Shown here in pieces: positions 45,048 to 55,114 of a stretch of 64,000 nucleotides of DNA; the first letter of the stretch is position 1; each line of letters starts with the position of its first letter. Under the pieces are notes generated by a model that did no database searches, had not been told where the DNA came from, and saw nothing but the letters and a program-made list of their open reading frames with translations. Origin of the DNA: Minisyncoccota bacterium (GTDB lineage: Bacteria; Patescibacteriota; Minisyncoccia; Phycocordibacterales; CAJBRS01); assembly GCA_017881075.1 (NCBI GenBank), contig JADGRH010000002.1, positions 21,654 to 85,653 on the forward strand, given 5' to 3'. The position numbers and the translations under genes are program-made.

Positions 45048-46305
45048 CGGCAGCGATAGGGAGACGGTATGTGCGGCCGCCGCAGGCTTTGCTGGGAAGG
45101 TTTTGCATTGAGACGGCGGCGGAAGCGTAAACGCTTAAGTGAAGATGTGGACCGGTGGCATAGCCGGTAGAGCCGCTATAGCCAATAACATCGCCGCGAT
45201 GAACTAGCTGCCCTTCTTTAACTGAAATAACGGATAAGTGGCCATAAGTGCTGGCCAAGCCATTGTTATGACGGATGAAAACAAATCGGCCAAAAGAAGC
45301 GCCCGGACAGACCAGATCTGTGTCAGCTGCACCTTCCACCTTGCCGTCTGCTACAGCCATGACTTTTGTGCCGACCGATGCACCAAAATCAACACCGTTA
45401 TGTGAGCCGGAAACATAAAGTCGAGCTGAGGCGTTGGTGACGCCGAAAAGTTGGGTAATGCGAATGCTGGCGAGTGGCCAGGAAAGCGGTGACGAGCCAA
45501 CTTTCGGCAAGCTTGCAGGATTTAATATAAATTGGAGTTTGGATTGAAAATCAAAAAGATCTTTTTCAAAAGCTGCTTTTTTGGCTTGTTTATCGGCGAT
45601 GATTTGTTGATAAGTTTTTTCCTGATTCTTGGTTTGTGTTAGTAATTGAGTTTGTTGTTGTTGATTATAAGCAATAGCTTTTTTCTTATCGGATAGGTTC
45701 CCCTCATAACTGACCAAATTAGTTTTTTGAGTTTCTGTCTGACTTTTATCATTCTCGAGACCTGCCTTTAAATTTTCCAATTCATTCACTTGATCTTTCA
45801 CTCTACTTTGGAAACGCAACAAGTCGTCAATGCCATTCCAAATTTCTCCAACGCTCTGGTGACTTAGAAAGGAAACAATAATACTGGCTGATTCATTTTG
45901 TTGCATTTGGCGCATCGCTTCACCGATGGCTGCTCGGCCGTCGATAATATTTTGCTGTTCATCAGTAATCTGAAGACCTAGTTTTTGAATATCAAGGTTC
46001 GCCGCCGCAATTTTATTTTCAGTCAATTTGATATCGGCATCCAATTTTTTCTGAGAGGCCTGCAGGGTGGCGATAGCATTCTGAAGAGTTCTGGCGGCAG
46101 CACTGGTTTTGTCGGCCAAGGCCTGATATTGGGCGATCTCTTTTTCCAATTCGGCGATGTTGACATTTCGTTCATCAATCTGTTTTTGGAGATCGCTGGC
46201 ATTATCGGCATGAACTGGAAGGGGCGGCAGGCGGACGAATAAAACGCCTGCCGCTGCCAAAAGAAAAAGAAGAAAAATTATTTTATTTGATTTTTTGAAT
46301 GGCAT
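44989..46305 (-). CDS. M23 family metallopeptidase with a coiled-coil N-domain (EnvC-like)
   Basis: HNGVDFGASVGTKV...GYSGSTGYATGPHLH M23 motifs; long coiled coil. Confidence 0.75.
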   Translation of the reverse strand: MPFKKSNKIIFLLFLLAAAGVLFVRLPPLPVHADNASDLQKQIDERNVNIAELEKEIAQYQALADKTSAAARTLQNAIATLQASQKKLDADIKLTENKIAAANLDIQKLGLQITDEQQNIIDGRAAIGEAMRQMQQNESASIIVSFLSHQSVGEIWNGIDDLLRFQSRVKDQVNELENLKAGLENDKSQTETQKTNLVSYEGNLSDKKKAIAYNQQQQTQLLTQTKNQEKTYQQIIADKQAKKAAFEKDLFDFQSKLQFILNPASLPKVGSSPLSWPLASIRITQLFGVTNASARLYVSGSHNGVDFGASVGTKVMAVADGKVEGAADTDLVCPGASFGRFVFIRHNNGLASTYGHLSVISVKEGQLVHRGDVIGYSGSTGYATGPHLHLSVYASAAVSMQNLPSKACGGRTYRLPIAAVNGYLDPMLYLPPYSGPTQ

Positions 46306-47650
46306 TCTCTAAGCGCTTCAAGGTCTCGGTTTTTCCTATCACCGACGCTAAAGTAAACGGATCAGGAGATTTTTCTTGTCCGGAAAGAGCGTAACGCATG
46401 GCCCATAAAACGATTCCCCTCCCCCTCTCTTCAGCGTACGGCCAAATTGTATCTTTTATGATGGATTGGTCAAAATCTTCTTTTAACGGCTCAATTAAAG
46501 CCTTTAAATCGCTTAAAATAGCCTTTATAGAGCTCAAATCCACTACTTTGTCCTTACGGAACTTAGGCGGGCAAAGAAGGCTTTCGGGGGCATATTCCGG
46601 CATTGAGAAAAAATATTGAAGCTCCTCCTTTTCGGCCATTTCCTTGATCTCGCCGAAGGTGGAGATGCGCTCTTTTATCAGAGGCAAAATTTTCGGCAGG
46701 ATCATAGAAAATTTTGCCTCAGTTTTTATCTCTTCCGACAAGTATTTCATGACCTCCATTTCAAATTTATCTTCCGGCATCAATTTCATATGCTCTTTGT
46801 TCAGCCATTTTAATTTAGTGAGATCAAATATCGCTCCGCCTTTTTGTACGGCGCTGAAATCAAATTCCGCTGTTAATTCTTCCATGGTGAACACTTCTTT
46901 GTCCGTGCCGGGGTTCCAGCCGAGAAGTGCAAGATAATTTATCAACGCCTCCGGTAAATACCCCAATTCTCTGTACTCCGTAACGCCGACTGCTCCGTGG
47001 CGGCCGGAGAGTTTGGATCGGTCCGGGGCAAGGATCAATGGAATGTGCGCATAGATCGGTCGCGGTGCGTCGATTGCTTCCTGAATAAGTATTTGTCGTG
47101 GAGTATTTGAAATATGATCATCTCCGCGGATAACATGAGTGACACCCATTTCAAAATCATCCACTACCACGGTAAAGTGATAAAGCGGATCATTGATATT
47201 TCTGGCAATGACAAAATCTTTCAGATCGGTCGTATCAAATTCGATCTCTCCACGCACCAAGTCACTAAACTGGACCTTCTTGTTCGGGTTTTTGAATCGG
47301 ATAACTTCTTTTGAGATTTTAGGATCATTTGGATCAGTCTCTATGGATGTATAAGCAAGACCGGCATCGATAATTTGCTTTAAATATTTTTTATACATTT
47401 CCGTTCTTTCCGATTGACGGAAGGGACCTTGATCGTAGGAGATACCGAGCCAAGCGAGACTTTCAATAATATTATCTTCAAACTTTTTTGTAGAGCGAGC
47501 TTGGTCTGTATCTTCCAGACGAAAGATCATCTCTCCTCCGTTTTTTCGGGTAAAAAGATAGTTAAAAAGGGCCGTGCGAGCCCGACCGATATGAAGAAAT
47601 CCGGTCGGACTCGGCGGAAAACGAGTGATTACTTTACCTTTTTCGGTCAT
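46283..47650 (-). CDS. gltX: glutamate--tRNA ligase
   Basis: RFPPSPTGFLHIG (HIGH) and KLSGR KMSKS-like motif; 455 aa. Confidence 0.9.
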   Translation of the reverse strand: MTEKGKVITRFPPSPTGFLHIGRARTALFNYLFTRKNGGEMIFRLEDTDQARSTKKFEDNIIESLAWLGISYDQGPFRQSERTEMYKKYLKQIIDAGLAYTSIETDPNDPKISKEVIRFKNPNKKVQFSDLVRGEIEFDTTDLKDFVIARNINDPLYHFTVVVDDFEMGVTHVIRGDDHISNTPRQILIQEAIDAPRPIYAHIPLILAPDRSKLSGRHGAVGVTEYRELGYLPEALINYLALLGWNPGTDKEVFTMEELTAEFDFSAVQKGGAIFDLTKLKWLNKEHMKLMPEDKFEMEVMKYLSEEIKTEAKFSMILPKILPLIKERISTFGEIKEMAEKEELQYFFSMPEYAPESLLCPPKFRKDKVVDLSSIKAILSDLKALIEPLKEDFDQSIIKDTIWPYAEERGRGIVLWAMRYALSGQEKSPDPFTLASVIGKTETLKRLENAIQKIK

Positions 47651-47674
47651 AACATCATTATACTCTCAGAATAT

Positions 47675-48805
47675 TTAAACATTTACATGAGCTAAGCCAA
47701 GAGCTATTATCTCCTCAGCGATTTTTTTAGCGGCGTCTTTCTGAGCAAAAGCCTTGGCCGCCTGCTGCATCTTGGAATAGATATTGGTATTGTCAATAAC
47801 CCTATCTATTTCGGAAAGGACAATTTCCGGAGTCATGTTCTCCTGCTCTACTACTATGGCCGCACCCGTGCGCGCATAAGCGTAGGCATTTTTGCGCTGA
47901 TCGTGGCTTATCTTTTCCGGAATAGGAATGACAATGCTCGGCAATCCCCAATTAGCAATCTCAAAAAGAGTTGACCCACTTCTAGATATTACTAGTTTTG
48001 CTACAGCTGCCGACATTCGGAGTGCCAGCTCATTCAAGTATTCATACGGATGATATCGTCCGGACTGAAGACTACTCCCTAGAATAATTTTGGCCCGGCC
48101 AACTACTTCTGCGTAATTGTTTTTACCGGCTTGATGGATTAATTGATATTTTTGGACCAGAGTCGGAAGACAGTCCAGAATAATGTCATTAATTATTTGA
48201 GCTCCTTGCGAGCCACCGAGAATCAGAATGACAGGCAGATTCTCTTCCAGTTTTAAATATTCATAGGCGCCTTCACTCACAGGGTTCAAAAGCTCTGATC
48301 TGATTGGATTACCAGTATAGACCACTTTGTCTTTTGGAAAATGATCAGCCGAATCTTTATAAGAGATAGCTATAGCCTTAGCGAATTTTCCGGCCCAAGC
48401 GTTTACTTTTCCGGGCTCGGCGTCCGATTCGTGAATGATCACCGGAATATGCAGAATCTTGGCGGCAAATAAAACCGGAAAGCTCATGTAGCCACCCTTA
48501 CCGAAGACAACATCCGGATAGATCCAAAACATCTGCCAAGTGGCTTTGACCACTCCCCAACCGGTTTTAAATAGATCAAAAAAATTCATAATTGAATGAT
48601 AACGTCGAACTTTCCCTGCCTGAATCTTACGAAAATCAATATCATGATCAAAAAGAATTCGACCGGAATAAGGAGTGGGCGCCAAGTAATAGATTTTCGC
48701 TTCCAAGAGTTTTCTTTCGCGCATCACCTTTCGGAGCTCCTCGGCCACGGCAATAAGCGGATAGAAATGCCCGCCTGTTCCTCCGCCACATAATACAATT
48801 TTCAT
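47675..48805 (-). CDS. murG: UDP-GlcNAc--MurNAc-pentapeptide-undecaprenol GlcNAc transferase MurG
   Basis: GGGTGGHFYP N-terminus and GT28 C-domain. Confidence 0.9.
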   Translation of the reverse strand: MKIVLCGGGTGGHFYPLIAVAEELRKVMRERKLLEAKIYYLAPTPYSGRILFDHDIDFRKIQAGKVRRYHSIMNFFDLFKTGWGVVKATWQMFWIYPDVVFGKGGYMSFPVLFAAKILHIPVIIHESDAEPGKVNAWAGKFAKAIAISYKDSADHFPKDKVVYTGNPIRSELLNPVSEGAYEYLKLEENLPVILILGGSQGAQIINDIILDCLPTLVQKYQLIHQAGKNNYAEVVGRAKIILGSSLQSGRYHPYEYLNELALRMSAAVAKLVISRSGSTLFEIANWGLPSIVIPIPEKISHDQRKNAYAYARTGAAIVVEQENMTPEIVLSEIDRVIDNTNIYSKMQQAAKAFAQKDAAKKIAEEIIALGLAHVNV

Positions 48806-49906
48806 TTATTTGAGATTCTGATATTTAGAAACATTTAGAATGATACCCACTTCGGCCAGAGTAAATAGAAGAGCGGTACCGCCATGACTGATAAAAAGTA
48901 GTGGAATGCCCGAAACTGGTAAAATACCAAGCATTGAGGCGATATTTACAAAAGATTCGGACAGAATAAGTATAACAATTCCGATGACTAAAAGTCTACC
49001 GAACTGATCTGATGTCCGGGTGGCGATTTTCAAGCCACGCAAGGAAAAGAAAAGGTAAAGAATAATAATCAGAATGCTACCAATGAAACCGAATTCTTCG
49101 GCCGCTACGGCAAAAATGGAATCACCGATTGGTTCGGGCAGGAAATTAAATTTTTGAATGCTTTGGCCAAAACCGCGGCCGGTTATTCCGCCCGAGCCGA
49201 CGGCAATTAGTGATTGTTGAATTTGGTAGCCACTTCCTAATGGGTCGCTGGCGGGATGAATAAAGGTAGTAATTCTGTCCATAACATATGGACGCATAAA
49301 GGCCAGCGCTGCAAGGGCAACAATACCAAAAAGAAACAGGATCAAGATGTCTCGCCATCGACACCCGGCCGCAATGAACATGGATAGACCGGCGACGAAA
49401 ATAACCCCAAAGGTGGCTAGGTCTGGTTCAGTCAAGATAAGCAAGCCTGCGATAATGATCAGAATTATGAATGGCAGAAGACCAAATTTGAAGGTATCAA
49501 CCTTATTCTTTACTCCAGAGAGCCAGGCGGCAAAATAAATAACGAAACCAATCTTGAAAATCTCCGAAGGTTGAAGAGAGTAATTACCCAGACCGATCCA
49601 GCGCCTGGCTCCTCCGTGACTAAAGCCCAGATGAGGAATATACAGAAGGAGCATGGCCGCAATTGAGGCGATCAATATAATTAGAGAGTATTTCCGCCAA
49701 AATTTATATGGAATGCGAGAGTTTATAAAACAAGCGATAGTGCCTAAGCCTAGACCAAAAACTAATTGATTTATTAATACGGCACTGAAAGTGTTACTAC
49801 TTCTCGCTAGGAGCCCCAATGAAGCAGAACTAAAAATAAAAAAACCAGCCACTAGTAATATTAGGACAGAGCTTAAAAATGGTTTATCAATTTTTTCTTT
49901 AACCAT
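48806..49906 (-). CDS. ftsW: SEDS family FtsW/RodA
   Basis: 366 aa, ~10 TM segments, sits between mraY and murG. Confidence 0.8.
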   Translation of the reverse strand: MVKEKIDKPFLSSVLILLVAGFFIFSSASLGLLARSSNTFSAVLINQLVFGLGLGTIACFINSRIPYKFWRKYSLIILIASIAAMLLLYIPHLGFSHGGARRWIGLGNYSLQPSEIFKIGFVIYFAAWLSGVKNKVDTFKFGLLPFIILIIIAGLLILTEPDLATFGVIFVAGLSMFIAAGCRWRDILILFLFGIVALAALAFMRPYVMDRITTFIHPASDPLGSGYQIQQSLIAVGSGGITGRGFGQSIQKFNFLPEPIGDSIFAVAAEEFGFIGSILIIILYLFFSLRGLKIATRTSDQFGRLLVIGIVILILSESFVNIASMLGILPVSGIPLLFISHGGTALLFTLAEVGIILNVSKYQNLK

Positions 49907-49913
49907 GATCTCT

Positions 49914-50975
49914 TTAGCCGATTAAAGCAATAACAGTGCCAATTAGAGCGAAGACAATGGAAATAATCCAGAAACGCATGGTTACCTTGTACGACGGCCA
50001 ACCCATAGCTTCAAAGTGGTGATGAAGCGGTGCCACTTTAAAAATGCGTTTGTTTAGGAATTTTTTACCCAGCAGTTGAATAATCACTGACAAAGAAGTG
50101 GCAAACAGAGGAAATGCAATAATAGGAAGGACTAAAACGGAATTGGTCAGGAAGGCAATTATGGAAAGTGTGACCGTCAGAGCCAGTATGCCAGTCTCTC
50201 CCATGTAAAAACGGGCGGGTGGGATGTTGAACCACAGAAAAGCTAATATTCCTCCGACTATCACGGCACAGAAAGCGGCCAAGTCAATTTGATTGTGCAT
50301 AAAAGCAATCAGCATGTACGCACTAAAAGAAGAAGCCATCACTCCACCGGACAAACCATCAATACCGTCAATTACCGAACCGGAGAACACCCCCAGCATG
50401 ACTATAATGAAAAATGGAATGAAAAGCAGGCCGAGATCAATATTGCCGACAAATGGAATATGTAGTCCCAAGTTCCCCAGTTTGAAAACAAACCACCATG
50501 CTCCGATTGAGCCAATAAACAATACGATTAATACTCTCAATTTTCGATTCAGACCATCACTCAATTCGGCCTTTTTGCTATAGATCTGGATCATGTCATC
50601 AACCAACCCGATGATGGCGGCAAAAATTAAAGTAAAGAGTGGTAAAAGAGTCTGATTCTTGCTGAGAAAATTCAATTTTATATTAAAATCAGTCGGTATT
50701 AAAAAAGAATTGAGCGAAATGAGGAGTATGGTAATTAATACTGAAAGCCAGATAATCACTCCCCCAATCCTCGGAGTGGATATCTCGCCGGTATGGTTGT
50801 GAATTTGTTGGAAGGCTGGAGTGACATAATCTTTATTATCAACACTCCGGGAGCGATTCTTCCACATCTTTCTCTTATAAAACACATTGCTTAAGCTGGG
50901 TGTAATGGCAAGACCGACGATGAAGGCAATAACGGCAGGGATAAAAACTTTAATGACGGAAAGGGTCATAGACAA
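49914..50975 (-). CDS. mraY: phospho-N-acetylmuramoyl-pentapeptide transferase MraY
   Basis: GLVDD and PLHHHFE motifs. Confidence 0.9.
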   Translation of the reverse strand: MSMTLSVIKVFIPAVIAFIVGLAITPSLSNVFYKRKMWKNRSRSVDNKDYVTPAFQQIHNHTGEISTPRIGGVIIWLSVLITILLISLNSFLIPTDFNIKLNFLSKNQTLLPLFTLIFAAIIGLVDDMIQIYSKKAELSDGLNRKLRVLIVLFIGSIGAWWFVFKLGNLGLHIPFVGNIDLGLLFIPFFIIVMLGVFSGSVIDGIDGLSGGVMASSFSAYMLIAFMHNQIDLAAFCAVIVGGILAFLWFNIPPARFYMGETGILALTVTLSIIAFLTNSVLVLPIIAFPLFATSLSVIIQLLGKKFLNKRIFKVAPLHHHFEAMGWPSYKVTMRFWIISIVFALIGTVIALIG

Positions 50976-50986
50976 AATATATCATT

Positions 50987-51916
50987 TTACTGGCTCAAAA
51001 TATAGGCAGAAGTTGAAGAAGCGAGAGTAATGACGTCAGCGAAGCGACCACTCACACTTGAGCCGAGAATAGTGATAATCACAGGATGATTAAAGCCTGG
51101 GTCATAGGCAATCACCAGGTTACCACCGGCAAGTTTGGTAAAGCCCGTCTTGGAAGCAATGATGTGGGAAATCTGGGTAATGGCCTCATCTGTGTTGGTA
51201 AGATAGTAGGCGGTGCCATCATCAGAAGTTAATTTAAATTTTCTATACTTAGTTATTTCTAAAAGGTTTTGGTGGTTTTTAATCAGATTTTCAAAAAGCA
51301 TACTGACATCGCGAGCCGAACCTACTCCCCCGGCTGTGCCAGGATCAATATCTAAACCGCTTTCGTTTTCGAAATGCAAGGTCGGAAGGTTTAGAGTCGC
51401 CGCCTCCGCATTCATCTTTTGAATAAATGCCTTGTCACTCTCGCCGGCGGCCAAAGCGATGGCGTTCGCCCCATCATTTGAAGAAACAAGCAAGGTAAAG
51501 TCCAGAAGATCTTTGAATTTCCACTTTTGATCGATTATTAGGCCATTATCCCCTTCCATTGCCAGAGAGGAACTGCCAATAGTGACAATTTTATCAGGAA
51601 ATAATATTTCTGATGAAACCAAGGCGGTCATCAGTTTGGTTAATGAGGCCAGTGGTAGAGGTAGATTTTCATTCTTAGCGAACAAGACTTGGTCATTAGT
51701 TAGATCCAAAACATAGGCGGCCGCGGCTTCTATCTGCACGCCGGCGAAGGCGTGTTCTAGTCGGGCCGCGGCTACCCTCTCTGTCGAAGAAGCAGTATCA
51801 TTTTTTGTTTCAGTACCAGATTTTTGAATAGGTAAATAGGAAATGACAAAAAAAAGTCCAAAGAGCACAAGGACAATAATGCCAATCTTTAAATGTAATC
51901 TACGATCCCCGTTCAT
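50987..51916 (-). CDS. D-alanyl-D-alanine carboxypeptidase (S11, PBP5-like)
   Basis: SLTKLMT (SxxK), SSND (SxN), KTG motifs. Confidence 0.75.
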   Translation of the reverse strand: MNGDRRLHLKIGIIVLVLFGLFFVISYLPIQKSGTETKNDTASSTERVAAARLEHAFAGVQIEAAAAYVLDLTNDQVLFAKNENLPLPLASLTKLMTALVSSEILFPDKIVTIGSSSLAMEGDNGLIIDQKWKFKDLLDFTLLVSSNDGANAIALAAGESDKAFIQKMNAEAATLNLPTLHFENESGLDIDPGTAGGVGSARDVSMLFENLIKNHQNLLEITKYRKFKLTSDDGTAYYLTNTDEAITQISHIIASKTGFTKLAGGNLVIAYDPGFNHPVIITILGSSVSGRFADVITLASSTSAYILSQ

Positions 51917-52535
51917 TGTTTGTTTCTTCCTGATTTTCTTTATCGGCTATTTCTTTTTGAAATTGATTCAACTTAAGAATAACCTCGGCATAGGCCGGTG
52001 CCTCCTCTGCTTTTTTCATGCCTAGATATGAAAATAATTCAAAGGTTGGTTTATAGAGAAAGCTTCTCTCGTCGGCCGGGTTTGTCACTCTTTCCACAAG
52101 ACCTCTGATCATTAAATGTCTCAAAATAAAGGTGGAATTTACCCCTCGAATGAAATCTATTTCACGTCTTGAAATTGGACCTTTATAGAGCACAACCGAC
52201 AAAGTTTCAAGACCGGCTTTTCCCAAATCTTTGCTCAACTCCTCCTTGGTCAGGTCCTCAATTAGTTTTCCGATTTCAGCCGATGTGCCGAGCATTACCT
52301 CATCTTCTTTTCTGATTAGCGCTACCCCCCTATTAGAAAGATTATTTTCCAGTTCCTTCAAAGCCTCCTCAATATTTGTTTTCTGACATTTCAGAATGTC
52401 GGCGAGCCGGGAGATCTTAACCGGCTCGCCTTTCCAGAACAGTATTGCTTCAATTTTTGATTCTAGTGTCATATTAATTATATTTCGGTAAATCCACCTT
52501 CTCCGTCTCCATCTGAATGTCATCAAAAAGAGCAT
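51900..52535 (-). CDS. scpB: segregation and condensation protein B
   Basis: LESKIEAILFWKGEPV N-terminus and winged-helix repeats. Confidence 0.8.
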   Translation of the reverse strand: MLFLMTFRWRRRRWIYRNIINMTLESKIEAILFWKGEPVKISRLADILKCQKTNIEEALKELENNLSNRGVALIRKEDEVMLGTSAEIGKLIEDLTKEELSKDLGKAGLETLSVVLYKGPISRREIDFIRGVNSTFILRHLMIRGLVERVTNPADERSFLYKPTFELFSYLGMKKAEEAPAYAEVILKLNQFQKEIADKENQEETNNERGS

Positions 52536-53211
52536 GTTGACTGACGCTGATCACTCCTTGCTTTACTAATTCCAACATGGCCAGGAAGCTGACAATGACA
52601 TTCACTTTTTCATCTTTACCTATCTTAGAAAATTCTCGGAAGCTCATTTTCAGTGCTGATTTGATTCGTGATGTTAAACTGACGATCATTTCTTCAAGAC
52701 TAATCACTTTTTGCACTACTGTTTTTGGCAAAATCTCAAATTTAGGCAGATTTTTCAGAATACTTTCGATAGCCGCCGAGAGTTTTGATATAGACAAATC
52801 TTCAGCCGGAGAAAATACTGGGTCAATGATTTTTGAAGTTGATTTCGGGAAGATGATACGCTTGCCAAAATGCTCTCGCAAGCCGACCGTGGCATCCTTT
52901 AATATTTTGTAGACTCTCAATCGCTCCTGAAGTTCTTCTATACTCAGTTTTTCTTCCTCGGTTAGGTCAAGGGCTGGGAGGAGCGACTTAGATTTGATCA
53001 ATAGAAGTGTTGAGGCAACCAAGATGAAATTAGCGCTCTCTGGAATGGAAAAATTCCCTATCTTCTTCAGATATTCTAGAAAATCATCCGTCACTTTAGA
53101 CAGAGAAATATCATTAATAAATAGTTTCCTTTTTTCTATCAAACTTAAAAGAAGGTCCAACGGGCCTTCAAATTGTTCAGTTTTTACCGCAAAAGCACTC
53201 TTTTGATCCAT
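52474..53211 (-). CDS. scpA: segregation and condensation protein A
   Basis: FEGPLDLLLSLIEKRKL motif; lies upstream of scpB. Confidence 0.8.
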   Translation of the reverse strand: MDQKSAFAVKTEQFEGPLDLLLSLIEKRKLFINDISLSKVTDDFLEYLKKIGNFSIPESANFILVASTLLLIKSKSLLPALDLTEEEKLSIEELQERLRVYKILKDATVGLREHFGKRIIFPKSTSKIIDPVFSPAEDLSISKLSAAIESILKNLPKFEILPKTVVQKVISLEEMIVSLTSRIKSALKMSFREFSKIGKDEKVNVIVSFLAMLELVKQGVISVSQHALFDDIQMETEKVDLPKYN

Positions 53212-53225
53212 ACCTTTATTATATA

Positions 53226-55061
53226 TTAAGGCTGTTCTTCTTCCACCTTCCCCTCCACCGGCTCTGAATCTTCCTCCACCATGAATCCACCAGCCTGGAG
53301 ATTCCAGAGCTTGCTGTAAAGGCCATTTTGGAGTTCAAGGAGTGATTGGTGAGTACCTTCTTCTACAATCTGACCATCTTCAATTACCACAATACGATCC
53401 ATCTTTTGAATAGTTGAAAGTCTGTGGGCGATGACAATAGTTGTTTTACCCTTCATCAATTTCTCCAAAGCATCCTGAATCAAAGATTCTGAATGTGAAT
53501 CAAGACTTGACGTTGCTTCGTCCAAAATAAGAATCGGAGCATTTTTGAGAATAGCTCGGGCAATGGCCACACGCTGGCGTTCACCACCGGAAAGTTTAAT
53601 TCCCCGCTCCCCGACAAAGGTGTCATATCTTTTTGGTAGATTCTCTATGAATTCATCACAGTGAGCTTGTCGTGCTGCCTCAATCACTTGTTCGTCGCTT
53701 GCCTCTCTCCGACCGTAACGAATATTCTCCATTAATGTTCGATGAAAGAGAATCGGATCTTGCGGTACCAAACTAACATTTTCATGAAGACTATCTTGTT
53801 TTACTTTCTGAATATCCTGGCCGTCTATGAGAATTTTGCCTTCCACTACGTTATGAAGGCGGAGAAGTAATCTAACGAAAGTGGACTTTCCACCTCCAGA
53901 CGGACCAATAATACCCACTTTCTCTCCGCCCCTAATGACTAAATTGATATTTTTTAACACCTGCCGATTTTCATTAAAGCGGAAACTGACATCTTCAAAT
54001 TTTACTTCACCACTATTTATTTTTAGTTCCTTAGCATTAGGTATGTCTTTGATCTCATGTGGTAATTCCAATATTTCTATCATCTCTTTGGCGTCGGCAT
54101 ACCCCTCGTAGAAATCTCGGATGACTCGACTGAAATCCCACATTCGATAACCCAGACCAAGGATATAAGTTTCAAATAAGACAAATGTTCCTAAGCTTAT
54201 CTCTCCCCTCGCCCACAATCTGATGGAAAAATAGAAAAGAAAAAATTCCATGAGTAACATCAACAAGGCCTGAAGGCCCTCCATGACCGAATCTAAATTT
54301 GCCACAAAAAGACCAATTCTCAATTGATTGTTAGTAACATCTACATACCTTTGATTTTCTACTTTCTGTCCAGTAAAAAGCTGAATAGTGTTGTGATTGG
54401 TTATATTATCAGCAAGAACAGCTGAGGCTTTGGTGTCTGCTGCTGCTTTTTCCAAACTATATTTCAACTTAAATTTAGCAAAGAAATAATTGAAATTAAG
54501 AAAAACAATCAACCAAGCAAGCATTACCCAGCCAATAGTCAGATTGATGGTAAAAACGATGATCGTGGTTCCAACAATACGAATACTGAGCGGAATGACG
54601 TTGAAACTAATACGATCAGACAGCCTTTCGTAGGCTCGAGCCAAACGGCCAATCTTTTGAGTCAGTGAACCGGTAAAGTTATTTGCAAAGAAAGTATATG
54701 AGTGATCAATCAGATATTCAAAAGAGTTCTGTTTCAGTTTGGTGGAACCGACATTATCAAATCGATCAGCTCCATAGACGCCAATCCGAGCAGCCAACCA
54801 TGAAGCCGTGTGAAGGAGCAAGATAATGAAGATTATTTTAGACAGAGCAAGAACAGCGACAGTTTTATCCTGTGCGCTTGCCAAAATATTGAAAAAATCT
54901 CTATACTGCAGGGGAACAAAGATGTCAAAGACAGTTGGAACAATGGCTCCAAACAAGGTCAAAACAAGCAAAAATCGCACGGATTTGACCACCCGCCAAA
55001 ATGAGAGCCATACCTCTCTTATTCCTACTTTTGGGTATTTTTGCATATTAATAGACAACAA
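53226..55061 (-). CDS. ABC exporter, fused permease/ATPase
   Basis: 6 TM segments plus GPSGGGKST Walker A, LSGGERQR signature, ILILDEATS. Confidence 0.8.
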   Translation of the reverse strand: MLSINMQKYPKVGIREVWLSFWRVVKSVRFLLVLTLFGAIVPTVFDIFVPLQYRDFFNILASAQDKTVAVLALSKIIFIILLLHTASWLAARIGVYGADRFDNVGSTKLKQNSFEYLIDHSYTFFANNFTGSLTQKIGRLARAYERLSDRISFNVIPLSIRIVGTTIIVFTINLTIGWVMLAWLIVFLNFNYFFAKFKLKYSLEKAAADTKASAVLADNITNHNTIQLFTGQKVENQRYVDVTNNQLRIGLFVANLDSVMEGLQALLMLLMEFFLFYFSIRLWARGEISLGTFVLFETYILGLGYRMWDFSRVIRDFYEGYADAKEMIEILELPHEIKDIPNAKELKINSGEVKFEDVSFRFNENRQVLKNINLVIRGGEKVGIIGPSGGGKSTFVRLLLRLHNVVEGKILIDGQDIQKVKQDSLHENVSLVPQDPILFHRTLMENIRYGRREASDEQVIEAARQAHCDEFIENLPKRYDTFVGERGIKLSGGERQRVAIARAILKNAPILILDEATSSLDSHSESLIQDALEKLMKGKTTIVIAHRLSTIQKMDRIVVIEDGQIVEEGTHQSLLELQNGLYSKLWNLQAGGFMVEEDSEPVEGKVEEEQP

Positions 55062-55114
55062 AAACCAGGATTGGTGCCTGGATTAGGCTAATTTTAGCAT
55101 ACTTTCAGGTCTTT

